Below, in pieces: positions 58,321-64,000 of a stretch of 64,000 bases of DNA; position 1 is the first letter of the stretch, and every line of letters starts with the position of its first letter. The DNA is taken from contig CAVWHO010000010.1 in the NCBI GenBank assembly GCA_963754875.1, forward strand, positions 1 through 64,000. The letters are read 5' to 3'. This stretch comes from Nitrospirota bacterium. GTDB lineage: Bacteria; Nitrospirota; UBA9217. The notes beneath the pieces were generated by a model. It was not told the DNA's origin. It made no database searches and saw only the letters and a list, made by a program, of their open reading frames with translations. A program made the translations under genes and the position numbers.

Positions 58321-59912
58321 TGGCCAGAATAACCATAGACCCGATGACAAGAATCGAAGGACATCTGCGGATCGATGTCGAGATCGAAGGCGGCAAGGTC
58401 AAGGACGCCTGGACCACGGGAACACTGTTCCGTGGCTTCGAGCTCATCCTCCAGGGCAGAGATCCCCGGGATGCCTGGCACATCACCCAGCGCATCTGCG
58501 GTGTATGCCCCACCTCCCACGGCCATGCCTCCTCCATGAGCATGGACGACGCCTTCAAAGTAAAGCCCCCGGACAACGGCCGCATCATCCGGAACATCAT
58601 CGAAGGCGCCCAGTTCGTCCATTCCCATATCCTGTGGTTCTACCATTTAAACGCCCTGGACTACGTAGACGTGGTCTCGGCCTTAAAAGCAAATCCCAAA
58701 GAGGCCTCGTTAAAAAAAGTCCAGGCCAAGGTCAAGTCCTTTGTCGAATCCGGCCAGTTAGGTCCCTTTGCGAACGCCTACTGGGGCCATCCGGCCTACA
58801 AGCTGCCGCCTGACGTAAATCTCCTGGCCGTAGCCCACTACCTGGAAGCCCTCGAGATGCAGGCAAAAGCAGCCCAGGTATCAGCCCTCTTCGGCGGCAG
58901 GATGCCGATGACCATGACGAGCCCTCCCGGCGGCGTGACCCACGTACCCACCGTCGATGACCTCAAAAACTACCTCTTCCGGGTAAAAGAGCTCCAGGAC
59001 TGGATCGACAGCGTATTTATCGCCGACTTGCTCGCCATCGCCCCGTTCTACTTAGGCGCAGCAGGAGTCGGCAAAGGCCATGCAAACTTCCTGTCCTGGG
59101 GAGTGTTCGAAGACGGGTCCTTCGATCCCAAGAAGCGGCTGTTACCCCGCGGCGCCATCTTCGCAGCAGACTTCCCGAAGGTCCATGATGCCAAGGCCGA
59201 AGACGTCACCGAAGACACGTCTCACGGCTGGTACAAGGACGGCAAACCCTTGAACCCGGCCATCGGCGTGACGGAGCCGGACTACACCGGCTATGACTCC
59301 AACAAAAAGTACACCTGGGCCAAGGCCCCCCGTCTTTCGGGCAAGCCCATGGAAGTGGGCGCCCTGGCCAGGATGCTTGTGGCCTATGCCTCAGGCCAGC
59401 CCACGGCCAAGAAACTGATCGACGACACGTTGGCCAAGATCGGACATCCCGGACAGCCCCAGGTACTCCTGGGCATAGTCGGCAGGATCGCAGCCCGGGC
59501 ACTCGAATGCAAGATGGTAGCAGATGCCATGTACCAGTGGGGCATCGACCTCATCGAGAACATCAAGAAAGGCAACACCGCGGTCTATAACGACTACAAG
59601 ATCCCGGACAAAGCCCAGGGCATCGGGTTGTGGGAAGCCCCGCGCGGCGCCCTCGGCCACTGGATCGACGTATCAGGCAAAAAGATCAAGAACTACCAGT
59701 GCGTGGTTCCCACGACCTGGAACGTCTGCCCGCGCGACAACAACAACGTACGCGGCCCGATCGAAGAGGCCCTCGTGGGCACGGCGGTATCCAACGCAGA
59801 AAAGCCGCTCGAAGTCCTGCGCGTGGTCCACTCCTTCGACCCGTGCCTAGCCTGCACGGTACACGTGATCCATCCGGAGTCGAATCGAATCATGGACTTC
59901 AAGGTCGCCTAG
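58320..59912 (+). CDS. [NiFe]-hydrogenase large subunit (group 1a-like)
   Basis: TRIEGH, L1 RICGVCPTSH, EAPRGALGHW, L2 SFDPCLACTVH + cleavable tail. Confidence 0.96.
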   Translation: MARITIDPMTRIEGHLRIDVEIEGGKVKDAWTTGTLFRGFELILQGRDPRDAWHITQRICGVCPTSHGHASSMSMDDAFKVKPPDNGRIIRNIIEGAQFVHSHILWFYHLNALDYVDVVSALKANPKEASLKKVQAKVKSFVESGQLGPFANAYWGHPAYKLPPDVNLLAVAHYLEALEMQAKAAQVSALFGGRMPMTMTSPPGGVTHVPTVDDLKNYLFRVKELQDWIDSVFIADLLAIAPFYLGAAGVGKGHANFLSWGVFEDGSFDPKKRLLPRGAIFAADFPKVHDAKAEDVTEDTSHGWYKDGKPLNPAIGVTEPDYTGYDSNKKYTWAKAPRLSGKPMEVGALARMLVAYASGQPTAKKLIDDTLAKIGHPGQPQVLLGIVGRIAARALECKMVADAMYQWGIDLIENIKKGNTAVYNDYKIPDKAQGIGLWEAPRGALGHWIDVSGKKIKNYQCVVPTTWNVCPRDNNNVRGPIEEALVGTAVSNAEKPLEVLRVVHSFDPCLACTVHVIHPESNRIMDFKVA

Positions 59913-59922
59913 GGAGGATGCC

Positions 59923-60564
59923 ATGAAAGAAGAACTGGTAAAGGAGTGGAGCCTCGGCTATATCCTGGACCACTGGATACGGGTCATCGCCATCGCCGTA
60001 CTGGTGTTCACGGGCATCTACATACACACCCCGTTCATCGCCGGCGGACCGGACAGCACCATCATGGCCACGACGCGGTTTTTCCATTTTATCGCGGCCT
60101 ATGCCCTCGTTTTGGGCCTGGTGGTACGGGTCTATATGGCCTTCAAGTCCACCTTCGACGCAGACTGGAAAGACTTCAGCATCATCGAGAACTTAAAGAA
60201 CGTGCCCGACGTCCTGGGATACTACCTCTTCATCAAGGGGACGCACAAAGACTACCGGAAATACAACCCCCTCCAGGCGCTCGCCTATCTCTTCACCGGC
60301 CTGGCGATCATCTTCACGGCCCTGACCGGTGCGGCATTGTATCACGGCAAAGCCTTCGGGTTCATCACCTGCCCGGACAGCTTCCGGTGGGTAAGCAACT
60401 TCCTGGGCGGCGAGTCGTACACCCGGATATGGCATATCCTCACCATGTGGTACTTCATCATCTTTGTGTTGATCCACGTGTATCTGGCCATCACGATCAG
60501 CATGATCAACAAAGACCAGACCCTGACGTCGATCTTTACGGGATACAAGCTCAAAAAACAGTAA
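59923..60564 (+). CDS. Hydrogenase cytochrome b subunit
   Basis: HW, HF, YNPLQ, WH...HVY heme ligands, SIFTGYK. Confidence 0.92.
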   Translation: MKEELVKEWSLGYILDHWIRVIAIAVLVFTGIYIHTPFIAGGPDSTIMATTRFFHFIAAYALVLGLVVRVYMAFKSTFDADWKDFSIIENLKNVPDVLGYYLFIKGTHKDYRKYNPLQALAYLFTGLAIIFTALTGAALYHGKAFGFITCPDSFRWVSNFLGGESYTRIWHILTMWYFIIFVLIHVYLAITISMINKDQTLTSIFTGYKLKKQ

Positions 60565-60565
60565 G

Positions 60566-61072
60566 ATGAAGAAAGAAGAACAGCTCCGGGGAGGCGTTAC
60601 CGCGCCTCCCCGAAAAGTTTTACTCTTAGGCGTCGGCAATCTCCTGCTTGGTGATGACGGTTTTGGCGTACACCTGATCAACTCCCTCGCGGATACCCCC
60701 TTTCCCCCGAACGTCCAGATACTCGAAGCCGGGACCGTAAGCCACCAGCTCATCCCGCTGCTGCATGAAATCGACCACCTCATCATCATCGACGTGGTCG
60801 ATGCCAAAGACACGCCCGGGTCCATCTTTCGCTTCAGTCCGGAAGACCTGCAGTACACCAAAGAGCAGATGGTATCGCTCCACCAGATCAGCCTGATCGA
60901 CGTCCTTAATATGGCAGAGCTTACCGGGAGCAAGCCCAAGACCGTCATCATCGCTGTCCAGCCCAAAGACGTGTCCAACTGGTCTTTGGAGCTCACCGAG
61001 CCGGTCAAGGCCGTGATCCCGAAGGTCAAAGAGCTGATCTTCGAAGAGCTGAAAAAAATCCAGGCAGTCTAA
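60566..61072 (+). CDS. Hydrogenase maturation endopeptidase (HyaD/HybD family)
   Basis: GVGNLLLGDDGFGV, IIDVV, SLHQ, VQP. Confidence 0.92.
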   Translation: MKKEEQLRGGVTAPPRKVLLLGVGNLLLGDDGFGVHLINSLADTPFPPNVQILEAGTVSHQLIPLLHEIDHLIIIDVVDAKDTPGSIFRFSPEDLQYTKEQMVSLHQISLIDVLNMAELTGSKPKTVIIAVQPKDVSNWSLELTEPVKAVIPKVKELIFEELKKIQAV

Positions 61073-61444
61073 AACTACATGCAAGAGACATAATAACCAC
61101 AGGTTCCGCGAAGACGCGGAACACACGGTTAGGAAGCCTCAAAGCTTTGAAAACCTCTCCAGGAGAAATGGCGAAAAAAGACGGGGAAATGGGGAGAAGA
61201 CCAATAGATTTCCCCCCCCTTTCCCCTAAATAGATTTTAAGATCGTTCGACTTTCTACCAAGGACTCATTTAACCGTGTTCATCTGTGTGTCTCCCGCGG
61301 AGCGGGGGACCAGTGGTTCCATGCGTCGTGGTTTCAGAAGTTTGATCCCTCTACAAAGCCTTGACACAACCGGTATTCTGTGGGATAGTTTCAAAACGGA
61401 TTCCATCCGCTAAGTCTCCCCTGGATCTAGAACAGGATCGCCCC

Positions 61445-61987
61445 ATGTGCCTCGCCATTCCCTCACGGGTCATCAGTATAGAAGATCTCACAGCCACCAT
61501 CGACGTGTTCGGCGCCAGGAGGCAGGTAAGCCTCATGCTGCTTGCTGAAGAGCCGCGGATCGGGGACTATGTCCTGGTCCATGCCGGCTTCGCGATCCAG
61601 AAGCTCGAAAAAGAACGCCTCGAATCAGGAGAAATCATGCACGAAGCATCCATAGCCTTGAGCATTATCGATATTGTCCAGGCAAAATGCATGGAAGAAG
61701 GGTTAAACTCCGTGGACTCCATAAGGCTCCGGATCGGCCGTGCCGCAGGCATCCTGCCCGAAGCCCTGGTCTTCGCCTTTGACGCGTCCAAGGACACCAC
61801 CATAGCAAAGAACGCAAAGCTCGTGATCGAGACCGTGCCTGTAGGGGGAACCTGCAAAGATTGCAAAAAAGAGTTTGAAGCGCCGGACAACGCCCAATAC
61901 GTGCTGTCCTGTCCCCATTGCGGCTCCACGTCCTACGAGATCACCCAGGGCCGCGAGATGGAGATCCTTGATATGGAGACGAACTGA
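61445..61987 (+). CDS. In-frame HypC-HypA fusion
   Basis: MCLAIP...GDYVLVHAGFAI then MHEASIA...CKDC...CPHC...GREM in one ORF. Confidence 0.8.
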   Translation: MCLAIPSRVISIEDLTATIDVFGARRQVSLMLLAEEPRIGDYVLVHAGFAIQKLEKERLESGEIMHEASIALSIIDIVQAKCMEEGLNSVDSIRLRIGRAAGILPEALVFAFDASKDTTIAKNAKLVIETVPVGGTCKDCKKEFEAPDNAQYVLSCPHCGSTSYEITQGREMEILDMETN

Positions 61988-62120
61988 TAATTTTTTCACC
62001 GCAGAGGACGCAGAAGGCGCAGAGTTATCATCTTAAATCAACGCAGAATGGTCTTTCTCCGCGATCTCCGCGCCTCCGCGAGAGACCGGTTTTAGCTTTT
62101 CTTTTAAAGAAAGGGATTGC

Positions 62121-62765
62121 ATGAAAGTTAAGGTAGTCACTCGCATCCTCGAAGCCAACGACCGGATTGCCGAAGAAAACCGGAAACGGTTTGACGAAGC
62201 CGGTGTCTACGTCGTCAACCTCATGGGCGCGCCCGGAGCAGGGAAGACCACGCTCCTCGAGCGTACGATCAAGGCCTTGAAACCCCTTATCAAGATCGGC
62301 GTGATCGAAGGGGACATCGTGGGCACGGACGATGCCGAGAGGATCAGCGCCCTCGACATCCCGGTGGTCCAGATCAATACGGGCGGCGCCTGCCATTTGG
62401 ACGCGAACATGATTAGTGAAGTGCTGGACGAGATGCCGCTTAAAGACCTCGATCTCCTCATCATCGAGAATGTGGGGAACCTTGTCTGCCCGGCCGAATT
62501 CAAGGTCGGCGAAGACGTGAAGATGATGGTCCTGTCCGTTGCCGAGGGGCACGATAAGCCGCTCAAGTACCCGCTCATGTTCCGGGAATCCTCGGCCCTG
62601 GTCCTGAACAAGGTGGACCTCCTGCCGTACATGAACACGGACATCAACAAGATGCGGAACGATTCTTTGGCACTCAATCCGAAACTGAAGGTCTTCGAAG
62701 TCTCCTGCGCCACCGGCGCCGGGATCGACCAGTGGGCTCAATGGCTGAACGGGCTCAGATCGTAG
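62121..62765 (+). CDS. hypB: Hydrogenase nickel-insertion GTPase HypB
   Basis: GAPGAGKTT, GGACHLDA, ENVGNLVCPA, DKPLKYP, NKVD. Confidence 0.96.
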   Translation: MKVKVVTRILEANDRIAEENRKRFDEAGVYVVNLMGAPGAGKTTLLERTIKALKPLIKIGVIEGDIVGTDDAERISALDIPVVQINTGGACHLDANMISEVLDEMPLKDLDLLIIENVGNLVCPAEFKVGEDVKMMVLSVAEGHDKPLKYPLMFRESSALVLNKVDLLPYMNTDINKMRNDSLALNPKLKVFEVSCATGAGIDQWAQWLNGLRS

Positions 62766-64000
62766 TCAAAGGCATTGTCCAGGGCGTCGGCTTCAGACCT
62801 TATGTCTACAACCTTGCCGGAGCTCTCAGCCTCAACGGTTATGTAACCAACACCAGCGAGGGCGTTTTTATCGATGTCGAGGGCGCGAGAGTGCCCGAAT
62901 TCATCCAGCGTCTTCGGATTGAAGCCCCTCCGCTTTCCCGGATCACCGATATCTCCGTAACGCCGCTGACCGTGCACGGTTACCGCGATTTTACTATTCA
63001 AAAAAGTCTCGACCAAACCGCAAAACTGCCGTTCACGCTTGTATCTCCCGATGTGTCAATCTGTGACGCTTGCCTGCACGAGATGCTTGATCCCCTTGAT
63101 CGCCGTTATCTCTATCCGTTCATCAACTGCACGAATTGCGGGCCGCGGTACTCCATAACACGAGCAATACCCTACGACAGGCCGAACACGACCATGTCGA
63201 GCTTCGCTCTGTGTCCGTACTGCCGGAAGGAATATGATGATCCGGGTAACCGGAGGTTCCATGCTCAGCCCAACGCGTGCCCGAGCTGCGGGCCGGAAGT
63301 CGAATTCAAGGTCCAGAGTTCCCAGTTCGGAGTAAAAGGAACTGAGGCGATACAAAAAACCATCCAGCTCTTAAGGCAAGGAGGCATTGTTGCCGTCAAA
63401 GGCTTGGGCGGTTTTCATATTGCCTGCGATGCAACGAACGACGATGCGGTCGAGCGATTACGTGAGAAGAAAAGGAAGAGCAATAAACCCTTTGCCGTCA
63501 TGTCCTTTGACATTCAACACATAGAGCAATTTAGTTTCTCTTCAGATAGGGAAAGAGAAATTCTACTGTCGAACCGGCGACCTATTGTCTTGTTACGCAA
63601 AAAAGACAATGGCACGCTTTCCACTGCCGTAGCGCCTAATAATAAATATGTGGGGACCATGCTGCCCTACACACCCTTGCATTACTTGCTTTTTTCTCAA
63701 CCTCTTGGAGCTCGATCGGCCGTAAATATGCCGCATTTTCTCGCTTTGGTTATGACAAGCGGCAATCTGTCCGAAGAGCCGATCGTACGGGACAACAGCG
63801 AAGCTATGCAGAAGCTGTCCCCTATCGTGGATGGTTTCCTCGATCACAATAGGGAGATTTTCATGAGACTCGATGATTCGGTCGTTCGGGTGAGAAGCTC
63901 GGTGTGTGACGAGCGCAGTGATGCCACCTCAGAACTCAGTCCTCAGAGCACAGAGCTTATGTTTATTCGTCGCTCCCGCGGATATGCGCCTGACCCGATA
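62741..64000 (+). CDS. hypF: Carbamoyltransferase HypF (partial, runs off window)
   Basis: Own translation VKGIVQGVGFRP, FINCTNCGPRY, RRFHAQPNACPSCGP, KGLGGFH, MLPYTPLH, RRSRGYAP. Confidence 0.95.
   Translation, partial: MAERAQIVVKGIVQGVGFRPYVYNLAGALSLNGYVTNTSEGVFIDVEGARVPEFIQRLRIEAPPLSRITDISVTPLTVHGYRDFTIQKSLDQTAKLPFTLVSPDVSICDACLHEMLDPLDRRYLYPFINCTNCGPRYSITRAIPYDRPNTTMSSFALCPYCRKEYDDPGNRRFHAQPNACPSCGPEVEFKVQSSQFGVKGTEAIQKTIQLLRQGGIVAVKGLGGFHIACDATNDDAVERLREKKRKSNKPFAVMSFDIQHIEQFSFSSDREREILLSNRRPIVLLRKKDNGTLSTAVAPNNKYVGTMLPYTPLHYLLFSQPLGARSAVNMPHFLALVMTSGNLSEEPIVRDNSEAMQKLSPIVDGFLDHNREIFMRLDDSVVRVRSSVCDERSDATSELSPQSTELMFIRRSRGYAPDPI

Noticed and set aside
59830..59870. [NiFeSe] selenocysteine recoding
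   Set aside because: L2 motif reads GAC CCG TGC (Cys), not TGA.

Overview
Bacterial 64-kb window. Bases ~1-2650 look foreign to the rest: an IS66 element and a heavily frameshifted GntR/LacI-type regulator, joined abruptly to an N-terminally truncated ketosynthase, so probably a chimeric junction or HGT edge. The remainder resembles a Nitrospirota/Desulfobacterota-like anaerobe (inference from gene content and repeat style only). Main blocks: (1) ~17.5-kb type II FAS/PKS-like cluster of the ladderane-/aryl-polyene-homologous kind, with 2 KS + 2 KS-like partners, 2 ACPs, 4 B12-binding radical SAM enzymes, GT2-DUF2062, LpxL-type acyltransferase, deacetylase lipoprotein, condensation-like protein, FAD oxidoreductase and AMP-ligase; (2) rhomboid, zinc-finger response regulator, tRNA-Pro, RpoS-like sigma; (3) ~8-kb integrase-less island at tRNA-Arg(CCT), bounded by degenerate tRNA 3' copies, with tatA, a beta-propeller, a DUF347 protein, two secreted FGE/CLec-fold paralogues whose 3' ends show a DGR-variable-region-like pattern, and a 129-bp-repeat TPR gene; (4) tRNA-Val-thrS-infC-rpmI-rplT, amidase, prfB; (5) two cobalamin riboswitches with btuFCD, a Dph6-like ATPase, cbiP, btuB, tonB, cbiB; (6) metK, then a foreign-looking metK 3' remnant + SAH riboswitch + ahcY; (7) SorAB-like enzyme, cytochrome c, MipA; (8) group 1 [NiFe]-hydrogenase operon with a Cys->Asp proximal ligand, an in-frame HypC-HypA fusion, hypB and partial hypF. 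Scattered single-base frameshifts suggest long-read indel errors.
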